NCBI GenBank assembly: GCA_964650255.1
Contig: CAZYQT010000003.1
Location: forward strand, 14,619 to 78,618
Direction of reading: 5' to 3'
DNA length: 64,000 bases
Origin: an uncultured Candidatus Saccharibacteria bacterium
Lineage (GTDB): Bacteria; Patescibacteriota; Doudnabacteria; UBA920
The stretch's first letter is position 1. Every line of letters starts with the position of its first letter. Shown piece by piece: positions 36,031-45,816 of the stretch. The notes beneath the pieces are model-generated. The model did no database searches, was not told the origin of the DNA, and worked only from the letters and a program-made list of their open reading frames with translations. The position numbers and the translations under genes were made by a program.

Positions 36031-36399
36031 ATGTTTCGTAACTTGTTAGGCTACAACGTAGCAACTGGAATGGGATTCCCAAAAAATCCCCTCGCTCTTT
36101 GGATTACTCGTCGAGCGGCAGAGTATTGCCGAGAAGGTTATGTTCCCGGACAGGCGGCAGTGTTGACTGCTAGCCCAAAGATTAATTTTCTTGATAAACC
36201 CATTCGGGTGATCAAGGATCGACGAAAGATCCCTCGTACCGACACAACCCAAATTTTGACGGTTAAGATATTCGATGGGAAGCCCACCCTCGTCGATTCT
36301 AATGGTTTGGTATTTACCCGAAATCCTGACCCGACCACTGTGCCCACAGTGATTATCGAAAATCCCCAGACCAGAGTCTCTAACGAGACCGATGCCTAA
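36031..36399 (+). CDS. hypothetical protein (122 aa)
   Basis: ORF with SD GGAGG about 13 nt upstream; no family recognised. Confidence 0.35.
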   Translation: MFRNLLGYNVATGMGFPKNPLALWITRRAAEYCREGYVPGQAAVLTASPKINFLDKPIRVIKDRRKIPRTDTTQILTVKIFDGKPTLVDSNGLVFTRNPDPTTVPTVIIENPQTRVSNETDA

Positions 36400-36418
36400 C
36401 CCGAAGGCGAAAATTTTT

Positions 36419-36456
36419 AAACAGCAAGACTTTCCCGAAGTTTTGCTGTTTTTCTT
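36419..36456 (+). terminator. rho-independent terminator
   Basis: aacagcaa/ttgctgtt stem, T-run. Confidence 0.6.
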
Positions 36457-36503
36457 ATGTTTACCTATTTATCTTAAGCGTTATCTCAGCTATAATACCA
36501 TTT

Positions 36504-37673
36504 ATGTCACAACCTTATTTCGAAATACTAAAAAAAGATGAAAACTCTAAAGCGCGTGCGGGAGTAATTCACACTGCGCATGGCGATGTTCATACACCGC
36601 AGTTTTTACCTATTGGTACAAAAGGCACGATCAAAACTGTTACTAGCGAAGAAATAAAATTTTGGGGAGCAAGTATGGTGCTGGCTAACACCTATCATTT
36701 GTGGCAGCGACCTGGCGATGCGTTGATCTACAAGGCCGGCGGCTTGCACAAATTCATGAACTGGAAGGGTCCGATCTTTACAGACTCTGGTGGTTTCCAA
36801 GTTTTTTCTTTGGCAAAGATGCGTAAGGTTTTGGAAGCTGGCGTGTTGTTTCAGTTTGATATGGATGGCAAGCAAGAAATCCTATCACCAGAAAAATCCA
36901 TAGACATTCAAGCGAACCTAGGTAGTGATATTTGTTTAATTTTAGATGACTTCCCAGGATTTCCATTTGAATACGAACGCAGCAAGCAATCTATTGAATT
37001 AACTAAGCGCTGGGCAGAGCGTGCTGTAGCTGAGCACAAAAAGATTTTAGAGCATGGAGATCCGGTTAACCCTGGGCAAAAGTTGTGGGGAATCGTTCAA
37101 GGTGCAAGCTTCGAAGATTTACGTAAGCAATCAGCAGAGAACATGACTGAACTTGGCTTTGAAGGTTTTGCTATTGGCGGTGTTGCAGTTGGTGAGCCGC
37201 ACGAAGAAATGATGAAAGCTGTGAACTTTGCTATTCCGCATTTGCCTGAAACTGCACCGAAACATTTGCTTGGTGTTGGCACTCCTTTTGATATTATTCA
37301 AGCCGTAGCGCGTGGCTGCGATACTTTTGATTGCGTTATTCCAACCCGGGAAGCTCGTCATGGTCGTCTCTATATAACTGCTCGCGACGAAGAGGGCAAA
37401 GAAGGTTACGAAACTATTGATATTCGTTTGTCCAAATATGCAGAAGACTTTACACCTATCGATTCAACTTGCAACTGTTATGGGTGTGTTAATCACACTC
37501 GGGCCTATATCAATCACCTTATGAAAAGCGGGGAAAATTTGGGCGAACGGCTGGCGACTATGCATAACCTTAGATTTTATTTAAATTTGATGGAAAAAGT
37601 GCGTAATGCTATTCAATATGACTATTTCGCTCAAATGTTAGCGGATTTTCGGGATTTAACTAAAAAACTTTAG
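36504..37673 (+). CDS. tgt: queuine tRNA-ribosyltransferase
   Basis: LPIGTKGTIK, LANTYHLW, DSGGFQV, zinc site CNCYGCVNHTRAYINHL. Confidence 0.92.
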   Translation: MSQPYFEILKKDENSKARAGVIHTAHGDVHTPQFLPIGTKGTIKTVTSEEIKFWGASMVLANTYHLWQRPGDALIYKAGGLHKFMNWKGPIFTDSGGFQVFSLAKMRKVLEAGVLFQFDMDGKQEILSPEKSIDIQANLGSDICLILDDFPGFPFEYERSKQSIELTKRWAERAVAEHKKILEHGDPVNPGQKLWGIVQGASFEDLRKQSAENMTELGFEGFAIGGVAVGEPHEEMMKAVNFAIPHLPETAPKHLLGVGTPFDIIQAVARGCDTFDCVIPTREARHGRLYITARDEEGKEGYETIDIRLSKYAEDFTPIDSTCNCYGCVNHTRAYINHLMKSGENLGERLATMHNLRFYLNLMEKVRNAIQYDYFAQMLADFRDLTKKL

Positions 37674-37747
37674 AAAAACTTTACATGGATTTTATCAGCC
37701 CTTTGCTATGCTGGGTAAAAGTACTAAAATAAAGGAAAGGATTTGCC

Positions 37748-38218
37748 ATGGAAATAAAACAAGAATTCAAAAAACTACATAGCGAGTTGGTAAAACTTAA
37801 TAAGCGACTAGGCAGCACTGTCACCAAAGAAGATGCGAAACGATTCGCCACCAAGGACGACTTGAAAAACTTTTCGACCAAGGATGACTTGAAACAATTC
37901 GCCACGAAGGATGACTTGAAAAACTTTTCGACCAAGGATGACTTGAAACAATTCGCCACCAAGGACGATTTGAAAAACTTTGCCACCAAGGACGATTTGA
38001 AAAACTTTGCGACCAAGGACGATTTGAAGGCGCAAACAGAAGAGTTGAAAGAATTCGCCGAAGAACAAACCGATAAGTTAGCGCAGGTTATTGCTGAAAC
38101 AATCGATAAGCCATTAACCAAGCATTTAAAGGACGTTTCTTTAGATGGGGATTTAAGTATGCGTGTGTTGCATTTGGAAAAGGATGTTCGCCAAATTAAG
38201 AAAACTATACATGCCTGA
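37748..38218 (+). CDS. coiled-coil protein with 27-nt tandem repeats ([A/S]TKDDLK[N/Q]F, about 7 copies; DUF1640-like)
   Basis: Tandem repeat 37847-38035 with near-perfect 27-bp units; the antisense ORFs over this region are repeat artefacts. Confidence 0.6.
   Translation: MEIKQEFKKLHSELVKLNKRLGSTVTKEDAKRFATKDDLKNFSTKDDLKQFATKDDLKNFSTKDDLKQFATKDDLKNFATKDDLKNFATKDDLKAQTEELKEFAEEQTDKLAQVIAETIDKPLTKHLKDVSLDGDLSMRVLHLEKDVRQIKKTIHA
37847..38035 (+). repeat. 7 x 27-bp in-frame tandem repeat
   Basis: Units gccaccaaggacgacttgaaaaacttt / tcgaccaaggatgacttgaaacaattc alternate; only synonymous or conservative changes. Confidence 0.85.
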
Positions 38219-39497
38219 AATAAAAAATCAAATTAAGAGACCGTCCACAGTAGCTCCAGCGCCACAACCACCGCAAAAACTCTTTGAGCTACCAGAGCGG
38301 CGGCGAAGTTATAGCAAATTTATCTTTGCTATCCTAGTCCTTGTCTTTTTAGGAGCAGTGAGTTATTTTGCATATTCTCAATACACTAAACCATCTTCAG
38401 CACCAGTGGTGCAAGCACCTCCTGAACCTGAAGAAAAGACTATTCCAGAAGGCACAGCATTTTATTTGGGCCATGATGAAAAAAACACAGAAACAATTGT
38501 TTACAAATATTCTCCCAATTCCTCTGAGCCAGATGAAAAAATCGGTACCATCCCAGAAAAAAATATTATTGTCTTAGGTGACTATATCAACCCATATACG
38601 TATGTGACAAGCAATACCGATGGGAACAAATTACAGACCTTAGATGCAACCACTGCAAAGCTGCAACCTTTGTTTGATTTGCCAGCGCAGGCAATTACTC
38701 GTGCAGTATCAGTTTCAGCAGACAAAAAATATTTAGCTTACAGTCGTATATATGGATCGGAGACAGAAACTGGTCATGGCGAGCTTTGGCTTTATAATCT
38801 AGAGACCAAAGAGCAAAAGAAATTGGGTGAAGATTTTGCCTTAGCTTTGTACCAGACCATGAATGTTTCGGCTTGGCGCGATAATGACAAGCAACTAATT
38901 TTGAAAGTATGGGTTGCTGATGGCGCAGGTTATGCTGGTAATATTTATACTGCGGATGTTCAAACTGGGAAGTTAGAAAAAGTTAATGAACCAGATGTGC
39001 TTGGTCAATTGAGTCCGAATCACGATCTAATTCTTTACGATGGGTGTGTAACTCCAGATGCAGCCGCTCAATCAGCTGAAAATGGCTATGAACGTGCCTG
39101 TGCATCTGGTGCTGAGTTGTTCACTTATGATTTCACTACTAAGCAGGTAAAATCGGTTTATCATAATTTACGTTACGATACTAATGCTAACAAAAGCACT
39201 TTGCGTACGTTCATGAGTTACCTTTGGCAAGATGATAAAACTATTATTGCTGCAGTACCAGGCGCATTATTGAGTATTCCATTGGGCAGTCCAGAAAAAA
39301 CTACTGAAATTTTTAGTTATGATCGAGTTGACCCCGCAAAGTTTAAAGATAATTTCGTATATTTAGAAAAAGCCAACTCGGGTACAATTATTTTTAGCAG
39401 AGAGGATAATTGGTATATTCTCGATCGCATCTCGCAAAAGTTGGTAAACCTTTCTGTGGACGCTCGTAAAGAAACAATTTCGACCTGGTTGAATTAG
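38211..39497 (+). CDS. membrane-anchored periplasmic beta-propeller-like protein
   Basis: Start ATG overlaps the upstream stop (ATGCCTGA); Pro-rich N-terminus, one TM helix, beta-rich periplasmic domain (TolB/DUF5050-like impression). Confidence 0.5.
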   Translation: MPEIKNQIKRPSTVAPAPQPPQKLFELPERRRSYSKFIFAILVLVFLGAVSYFAYSQYTKPSSAPVVQAPPEPEEKTIPEGTAFYLGHDEKNTETIVYKYSPNSSEPDEKIGTIPEKNIIVLGDYINPYTYVTSNTDGNKLQTLDATTAKLQPLFDLPAQAITRAVSVSADKKYLAYSRIYGSETETGHGELWLYNLETKEQKKLGEDFALALYQTMNVSAWRDNDKQLILKVWVADGAGYAGNIYTADVQTGKLEKVNEPDVLGQLSPNHDLILYDGCVTPDAAAQSAENGYERACASGAELFTYDFTTKQVKSVYHNLRYDTNANKSTLRTFMSYLWQDDKTIIAAVPGALLSIPLGSPEKTTEIFSYDRVDPAKFKDNFVYLEKANSGTIIFSREDNWYILDRISQKLVNLSVDARKETISTWLN

Positions 39498-39520
39498 CCT
39501 GAAATTGCTATAATTTCGGT

Positions 39521-40861
39521 ATGTCTAAAACTGAAAACTCCTCTGAATTGATGGAAAAAATTGTTAGTTTGGCCAAACGGCGTGGGTTTGTATACCCGGG
39601 CTCGGAAATTTATGGTGGGCTGGCAAACTCCTGGGATTACGGTCCTTTGGGGGTGGAATTAAAAAATAATATTAAGCAGCTTTGGTGGAAGCGTTTTGTG
39701 CAGTCCCGGCCAGATATGGTTGGTATTGATGCTGCCCTAGTAATGAATCCAAAAGTTTGGGAAGCATCTGGGCATGTGGCGACTTTTTCCGACCCTCTTG
39801 TAGAGTGTAAAAATTGCCACTCTCGTTTTCGAGCCGATCAAATTGATTTATCAGCAAAGTGTTCAAGCTGTGGAAAGGCTGATGGTTTTTCTGCTCCAAA
39901 GCAATTTAACTTGATGTTAAAGACTTTTCTTGGCCCAGCAGAAGAACAGGCTAATATAGCGTACTTCCGACCGGAAACAGCACAAGCAATGTTTGTACAA
40001 TTTAAGAATGTGCAACAAACTTCCCGAAAGACTGTTCCTTTCGGTATTGCGCAAATCGGTAAAGCATTTCGCAACGAGATCACCCCGGGAAACTTTGTGT
40101 TCCGCACCCGTGAGTTTGAACAAATGGAAATTGAGTATTTTATTCCAGCTCCAAAAAATGATGATGAGTGGAATAAGTATTTCGAAGAATGGCGACAGCA
40201 AATGGGCTCGTGGATTAGCGATGACCTTCAATTAAATAAAGACCATGTTCATGAAGTAGAAATTTCCGATGAGGACCGTGCGCACTACTCTAAGCGTACG
40301 ATAGATTTTGAATTTGAATATCCGTTTGGTCAAAAAGAACTGTATGGGCTAGCCTACCGCGGTGATTTTGATTTACAAAATCATATTAAAGCATCGGGGG
40401 AAGACCTTAGCTACCTTGATCCGCAAACTAATGAAAAATATGTCCCGCATGTGATTGAGCCGTCCATGGGTGTTGATCGATCATTCCTAGCAGTTTTGCT
40501 CGATCACTATAAAGAAGAAGGCGAAGGCGACAGCAAGCGCATCTGGTTGTCTTTACCGCCAAAGCTTGCACCTTACAAAGCCGCCGTATTCCCATTGCTA
40601 AAGAACAAGCCAGAGTTAGTGGAAAAAGCAAAAGAAATTTACGAAGAACTTTCTAAGCACTTCATGGTGGCTTGGGACGATCGTGGTAATGTAGGGAAGC
40701 GTTACTACAGTCAAGATGAAATTGGAACGCCATTTGGTATTACCGTGGACTTTGATTCCTTAGAAGATGGTGCGGTTACTGTTCGTGATCGCGATACCGC
40801 TCAGCAGCAAAGAGTAAAAATTGCTGATCTGACCACATGGCTACAAGAGAAATTAGTTTAA
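39521..40861 (+). CDS. glyQS: glycine--tRNA ligase, alpha2-type (class II)
   Basis: N-terminal RRGFVYPGSEIYGGLANSWDYGPLG, class II motifs, 446 aa. Confidence 0.9.
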   Translation: MSKTENSSELMEKIVSLAKRRGFVYPGSEIYGGLANSWDYGPLGVELKNNIKQLWWKRFVQSRPDMVGIDAALVMNPKVWEASGHVATFSDPLVECKNCHSRFRADQIDLSAKCSSCGKADGFSAPKQFNLMLKTFLGPAEEQANIAYFRPETAQAMFVQFKNVQQTSRKTVPFGIAQIGKAFRNEITPGNFVFRTREFEQMEIEYFIPAPKNDDEWNKYFEEWRQQMGSWISDDLQLNKDHVHEVEISDEDRAHYSKRTIDFEFEYPFGQKELYGLAYRGDFDLQNHIKASGEDLSYLDPQTNEKYVPHVIEPSMGVDRSFLAVLLDHYKEEGEGDSKRIWLSLPPKLAPYKAAVFPLLKNKPELVEKAKEIYEELSKHFMVAWDDRGNVGKRYYSQDEIGTPFGITVDFDSLEDGAVTVRDRDTAQQQRVKIADLTTWLQEKLV

Positions 40862-41889
40862 TGGGTGCATCAAAAATTAAAAAATTACAGAAAACCCTCA
40901 AGACCCCTTTGTTGATAAAAGACCCAGGGGACTTGTTTTATTTAACCGGAAATACCTTTAGCGACGGCGGTTTGCTGCTGGTTACTAAAAAGCAGGCAGT
41001 TCTTTTTGGCGGGTTTTTGGAAAAGGTTGATATTAAGACCGATTCAATTCGCAATATCAGCAAGTGCTTGGGCGCTAGTAAAACTCTACAAATTGATGAT
41101 CAGACCAATTTACGAGAGTTTAATTTTATAAAAAAGTTGCTACCAAAGCGGAAATTAATGCCTGTAGTAAGCCCGGTGAAACAGCTTCGCTTAATAAAGA
41201 CTTCAGATGAGTTAGCTAAAATGCAGTTAGCGTATCAAATTACTGTAAAAGTATTTGTTTCGGTGAAAAAGGCTTTAAGGCGGAGCAAGCCTTGGACGGA
41301 AAAAGAACTAGCTGAATTTATTCGTTTGGAAGGGTTAAGGATGGGTGCGGATGATATTAGTTTCCCTGTGATTGTGGCTAGCGGTGCAAATGCTGCAGTG
41401 CCGCATCATGTACCAACAAATAAAACAATCAAAATAGGGGAAAGCGTGGTTTTGGATTTCGGCTTTAAAATTAAGGGTTATTGTAGCGATTTCACTCGCA
41501 CAGTTTTTCTTAAAAAGATTTCGCCAGAAATGGCGCAAATTTATTTAGCTGCAGAGGAAGCTTACCGAGAAGGTTTTAAAACAGCACGCCATAACGTTGT
41601 TGCGAAAACTGCAGACTTAGCAGCGCGTAACACACTCGCTCAATACAATCTTGATAAATACTTTATTCATAGTTTAGGTCATGGCACAGGAATTGATGTG
41701 CACGAAGCTCCGCACATCCATGCTAATTCAGAAGAGGTTCTTAGCAATGGCATGGTGTTTAGTATTGAGCCTGGAGTTTATGTTCCGCGTTTCGGTGGAG
41801 TTCGAATTGAAGATTTGGTATATTTAAAGAATGGCAAAGCAAATTATTTTGCTAAAGCGTCAACAAAATTAAAAGACATGATTATATAA
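40861..41889 (+). CDS. M24-family Xaa-Pro aminopeptidase
   Basis: Metal-ligand motifs HSLGHGTGIDVHE and VFSIEPGVY; start ATG overlaps the glyQS stop (TAATG). Confidence 0.8.
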   Translation: MGASKIKKLQKTLKTPLLIKDPGDLFYLTGNTFSDGGLLLVTKKQAVLFGGFLEKVDIKTDSIRNISKCLGASKTLQIDDQTNLREFNFIKKLLPKRKLMPVVSPVKQLRLIKTSDELAKMQLAYQITVKVFVSVKKALRRSKPWTEKELAEFIRLEGLRMGADDISFPVIVASGANAAVPHHVPTNKTIKIGESVVLDFGFKIKGYCSDFTRTVFLKKISPEMAQIYLAAEEAYREGFKTARHNVVAKTADLAARNTLAQYNLDKYFIHSLGHGTGIDVHEAPHIHANSEEVLSNGMVFSIEPGVYVPRFGGVRIEDLVYLKNGKANYFAKASTKLKDMII

Positions 41890-43161
41890 ATGAAGTACCA
41901 CAAACGAGTTTTAAAAAACGGGTTAACAATTATTGAAGTACCAAGCAACGATGCCGAAAGTGTTGTTGTAGACTTTTTTGTAAAAACTGGTTCGCGCTCA
42001 GAGACTGCAAAAGAAAATGGCATCTCGCATTTCTTGGAACATTTTTTGTTTAAAGGTTCTAAGAAGTATCCCAGTGCTATGGCGATTACAGAATTAATTG
42101 ATGGCATGGGCGGGGAGATGAACGCATCAACTGGTAAAGAAGCCACGCAGTTCTACATCAAAACTCGATTTGTGCACTTACCAATTATTTTTGAGGTGCT
42201 CACAGATATGCTTCAAAACCCTTTACTCGACAAAGAAGAACTTGAGCGCGAAAAAGGGGTTATTGTAGAAGAGATTAATATGTACCGCGACACCCCAAGA
42301 GTTAACGTCGGCAATATTTTAGAAGAAGTCATGTGGCCTAACGATCCTTTGGGAAGAGATACCGCTGGTTCACCGGAGGTGGTTAGAAAGTTTACCCGTC
42401 AAATGTTTGCCAGTTATATGGATCGGAATTACCAACCTGGAAATATGTTGGTGGGAATTTCTGGAAAGTACGATCGACAGGCTTTAAATAGGTTAATTGC
42501 TAAATATTGGAGTAAATTACCTGCTAAAAAATGGGATAAATGGACGGTCGCTAAGGATAAGCAGACCAAACCACGCCTTAAGGTGCAGTTCAAAAAGACA
42601 GAGCAAGCTCATTTTGACATGGGCTTTAAAGCCTACAGCGTGGATGATAAACGCAACCCTGCGGCACTAGTTTTGGCAGCAATTTTGGGGGGTGGTATGA
42701 GTAGTCGTTTGTTTATGGAAATCCGGGAGCGCAGGGGTCTTGCCTACACTATACGAGCTGGCGCTTCGCAGTATCAAGATACTGGCGCTTTCTACATTAG
42801 TGGCGGAGTGCGAGTGAGTAGTTTAGAAGATGCGCTAAAAGCATCCTTGGAAATTTTAAAGGACATTAAATCAATTCCTGTAACTGAGCGTGAACTCGGT
42901 AAAGCTAAAGCTTATTTGAAAGGGCGCACTACTTTGTACTTAGAAGATAATCAAGCAAGACTTGATTGGTATTTAGAGCAGTCAGCGTTTCAAAAAATAG
43001 TAAAGTCTCCACAACAAGCTTTTAAGGAAATAGACGCAGTTACGTCAAAGCAAGTGCGCGATGTAGCTCGTGATTTATTCCAACCTAGAAAAACTTCTCT
43101 GGCTATTATCGGTCCATATAAAAGTGGGGCTAAGTTTGAAAAAATTATTAGTAAGTTTTAA
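41890..43161 (+). CDS. M16-family zinc peptidase (insulinase-like)
   Basis: Inverted zinc-binding motif HFLEH at the N-terminus (GISHFLEHFLFKGS). Confidence 0.8.
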   Translation: MKYHKRVLKNGLTIIEVPSNDAESVVVDFFVKTGSRSETAKENGISHFLEHFLFKGSKKYPSAMAITELIDGMGGEMNASTGKEATQFYIKTRFVHLPIIFEVLTDMLQNPLLDKEELEREKGVIVEEINMYRDTPRVNVGNILEEVMWPNDPLGRDTAGSPEVVRKFTRQMFASYMDRNYQPGNMLVGISGKYDRQALNRLIAKYWSKLPAKKWDKWTVAKDKQTKPRLKVQFKKTEQAHFDMGFKAYSVDDKRNPAALVLAAILGGGMSSRLFMEIRERRGLAYTIRAGASQYQDTGAFYISGGVRVSSLEDALKASLEILKDIKSIPVTERELGKAKAYLKGRTTLYLEDNQARLDWYLEQSAFQKIVKSPQQAFKEIDAVTSKQVRDVARDLFQPRKTSLAIIGPYKSGAKFEKIISKF

Positions 43162-43165
43162 CTTT

Positions 43166-44146
43166 ATGCCAGCAAAAAAATCAGCACCAAAAGTTGCAGC
43201 AAAAAAGGTTGTCAAAAAGAAAGGTAAACTTTCTGCAGCAAAAATTTCAAATGACCAAAAAATTCCTAAAGTGGCATTGCCCAAAACTGGACAGCCACTA
43301 ATTGGCTGCCATGTTTCAATTGCTGGTGGTTTACAAAATGCGCCTGCGCGTGCTGCGCTTTTCGGCTGCGAAACTTTGCAAATTTTTTCTCGCAGTCCCC
43401 AAGGCGGAGCAGCAGCCCCTATTACGAAAGAAGTAGAGCAAGAGTTTAAGCAGAACTTGGCAGGCAGCGGAATAGAAACTTTCGTGATTCACGCTCCTTA
43501 TATTTTAAATTTAGGCTCGGCCAAAAAATCCACATACCACGGTAGCATCAATTTAATTCGAACAGATTTAGAGCGTGGCAGCAAGCTAGGAGCCAAGTAT
43601 GTCATGTTCCATCCCGGGAGTTTCAAGGATCTTGGTGAAAAAGAAGGCATGAAGCAAGCTCGGGAAGGGATGAAAAAGATTTTGGATAAATACACTGGCA
43701 CCACACAACTTCTTATTGAAATTTCCGCTGGATCTGGGGAAGTCATTGGTGACACCTTTGAGGAAATCGCTGAGTTGATGGATCCGGTAAAGAAGCATAA
43801 AGGCTTTGGTGGGGTTTGCTTTGATACCCAGCATGCTTTTGGTAGCGGCTATGACCTGCGTACCCCCGAAACAGTTAAAAAAACCTTCACCAGCTTCGAT
43901 AAAGCGATTGGTTTGGAGTATTTGCGCATGAGTCATGCCAATGATTCCAAGGTAGAATTTGGCTCGCATCGCGACCGACATGAGCATATTGGTGAGGGGC
44001 ATATCGGGGAAAACGGATTTTTAGCTATATTCGAATATCTGAAACAAAAAAAGTTAGCCATTCCCTTGATCTTAGAAACTGAGCATGATAAGGTTGAAAC
44101 AGACATTAAAAAACTCAAGGCTTTAAGAGTTAAGGCCTGGAAATAA
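43166..44146 (+). CDS. nfo: endonuclease IV with N-terminal Lys/Ala-rich histone H1-like extension
   Basis: Core IGCHVSIAGGLQNAPARAALFG, HAPYILNLGS, HPGS, H..D..H motifs; 45-aa N-terminal tail MPAKKSAPKVAAKKVVKKKGKLSAAKISNDQKIPKVALPKTGQP in frame. Confidence 0.85.
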   Translation: MPAKKSAPKVAAKKVVKKKGKLSAAKISNDQKIPKVALPKTGQPLIGCHVSIAGGLQNAPARAALFGCETLQIFSRSPQGGAAAPITKEVEQEFKQNLAGSGIETFVIHAPYILNLGSAKKSTYHGSINLIRTDLERGSKLGAKYVMFHPGSFKDLGEKEGMKQAREGMKKILDKYTGTTQLLIEISAGSGEVIGDTFEEIAELMDPVKKHKGFGGVCFDTQHAFGSGYDLRTPETVKKTFTSFDKAIGLEYLRMSHANDSKVEFGSHRDRHEHIGEGHIGENGFLAIFEYLKQKKLAIPLILETEHDKVETDIKKLKALRVKAWK

Positions 44147-44157
44147 AAGGTAAAAAC

Positions 44158-44328
44158 ATGAGTGGACCAGAAACCGGTTTTAATCCAACCGAAATGAGCG
44201 CTTTGCCTCAGCAAACAAATGAATTTCAAGGAGATGTTACTCCTGTGCCAGAGTCGAGAGATGACAGGAAATCAATCGCAGCTAAGCTATATAGGATTGT
44301 AAGAGAGGTAGAACAAGGAAATTAATTA
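44158..44328 (+). CDS. small hypothetical protein (56 aa, not in ORF track)
   Basis: Hand translation MSGPETGFNPTEMSALPQQTNEFQGDVTPVPESRDDRKSIAAKLYRIVREVEQGN; stop overlaps the next ATG (TAATTATG). Confidence 0.3.
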
Positions 44329-44555
44329 TGGACGAAAAAATTCAAAAGATAGTACATCTGATTCAGGAATCTGACTTAGACCAAACTATCAAAGACATCT
44401 TAATTCGGGATTTACAAACCGAAGGGTTAACTGACTTTTTACGCGAGCAGATCAAAGCTTATTGCCTTGAGGGTATTAAGCGATTGGATGTTACAATCGA
44501 AGACGCCAAAAAAGCTTTGGAAGAATCCGAATCTGGTTCAGAAAATCCAGCCTAG
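44328..44555 (+). CDS. small acidic hypothetical protein (75 aa)
   Basis: ORF coupled to the preceding small ORF. Confidence 0.4.
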   Translation: MDEKIQKIVHLIQESDLDQTIKDILIRDLQTEGLTDFLREQIKAYCLEGIKRLDVTIEDAKKALEESESGSENPA

Positions 44556-44592
44556 TGGCTGGATTTTTGATTTTATGTAGTATACTTTAGAT

Positions 44593-45624
44593 ATGACATT
44601 CCATCTCGATTATTCAACAAAAGTGATTTTACGGGTAGTAGCTGTGTTACTGGCTTTGGCGTTTTTGTGGGTAGTCCGTGATATCGTAATTGTAATTTTG
44701 CTTTCACTAGTGCTTGCTTCGGCCATGGAGCCAATGGTGGATTATTTGAATCGGCGCAAAATTCCTCGTTCAGTTAGTGTGCTGGGCGCGTATGTAATAG
44801 TGATTGCAATTATTGTTTTGATTGTATCGTTAATGGCCCCTTTGGTAGCGGAACAGTTTAAAGTTTTGACTCAAAACTTACCGCAATATACTTTGGAAAT
44901 GCAAGCGCGCTATCCGACCATCGCGGCTTTCTTTGGGGATTTTGATGCTAATGCAATTTTGCATTCTTTTATTTCTAGTGGGGCCGGAGCAGACGCACTG
45001 TTTAGCAGGACAGTTGGACTGTTTAATGGGTTAGTGGCATTGGTCTCGGTTTTAGTAATTTCCTTTTATTTGGTTGCTGCTGATAGAGGTATGAAGCACT
45101 TTATTCACGATCTGGTGCCAACAGCCCAACAGGATGTAGTGATGAAACTGATAGCTAAAATTCAACATAAGATGGGTCTGTGGGTGGCAGGACAATTAAT
45201 TTTAAGTGTATTTATTTTTTCTTTAACTTTTATTGGGTTATCGATCTTGGGGGTTAAGTATGCTCTGTTCTTGGCCATTATTGCCGGCCTTCTCGAAGTG
45301 GTTCCATATGTAGGACCATTTCTATCTGCTATCCCAGCCGTTTTCTTTGCCATGGTCCAAAGCCCGGCTTTGGTAGTTGGAGTAATAATTTTATATGTTG
45401 TGATTCAGAAAACCGAAGGGTACGTGTTGGTACCAAAAGTAATGGAAAAGACTGTTGGTACATCACCGCTGGTGGTGCTCCTGGCTTTATTGGTTGGGTT
45501 TAAGTTAGCCGGGGTATTAGGCCTGCTTTTGGCCGTACCATTGGCCGGTGCTATTACAGTGGTTATTGCTGAATTGTTCCAGGAAAAACCCGCCCATGTT
45601 CCAGTAACACAGCCCGACGTTTGA
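44593..45624 (+). CDS. AI-2E family transporter (UPF0118/PerM-like)
   Basis: Eight TM helices; conserved VPYVGPFLSAIP motif. Confidence 0.8.
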   Translation: MTFHLDYSTKVILRVVAVLLALAFLWVVRDIVIVILLSLVLASAMEPMVDYLNRRKIPRSVSVLGAYVIVIAIIVLIVSLMAPLVAEQFKVLTQNLPQYTLEMQARYPTIAAFFGDFDANAILHSFISSGAGADALFSRTVGLFNGLVALVSVLVISFYLVAADRGMKHFIHDLVPTAQQDVVMKLIAKIQHKMGLWVAGQLILSVFIFSLTFIGLSILGVKYALFLAIIAGLLEVVPYVGPFLSAIPAVFFAMVQSPALVVGVIILYVVIQKTEGYVLVPKVMEKTVGTSPLVVLLALLVGFKLAGVLGLLLAVPLAGAITVVIAELFQEKPAHVPVTQPDV

Positions 45625-45648
45625 CATAACATTAGAAATAAGCCATAA
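45620..45648 (+). promoter_or_regulatory. putative promoter TTGACA-17-CATAAT
   Basis: TTGACA overlaps the AI-2E stop codon; it would drive the short transcript that ends at the 45783 terminator. Confidence 0.35.
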
Positions 45649-45782
45649 TTAACCCATGAAATTTAATAACTGCCAAAATCAGATTCACGGCTCAACCCTT
45701 TCTTACCCAATGGGTGTTTTTTCGTTATCTGGCCAAGGCAGTGTTCATCAGAGAGTTTTAGCTTAATTTTCTTTCAATCAAC

Positions 45783-45816
45783 ACGACCTCGGTTAGATAA
45801 CCGAGGTTTTTTGTTA
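45783..45816 (+). terminator. strong rho-independent terminator
   Basis: acctcggtta/taaccgaggt 10-bp stem, 3-nt loop, TTTTTTGTT. Confidence 0.8.

Noticed and set aside
37847-38035. Possible CRISPR array (regular 27-bp repeats)
   Set aside because: Units are directly contiguous with no spacers, and they are in frame within a CDS. No cas genes are present. This is a protein-coding tandem repeat.
37681-38121. Two minus-strand ORFs with repetitive translations (FKSSLVAKFFKSSLV...)
   Set aside because: Antisense reading of the 27-bp tandem repeat inside the plus-strand gene. The plus-strand gene has a proper start, SD and coherent flanking domains.
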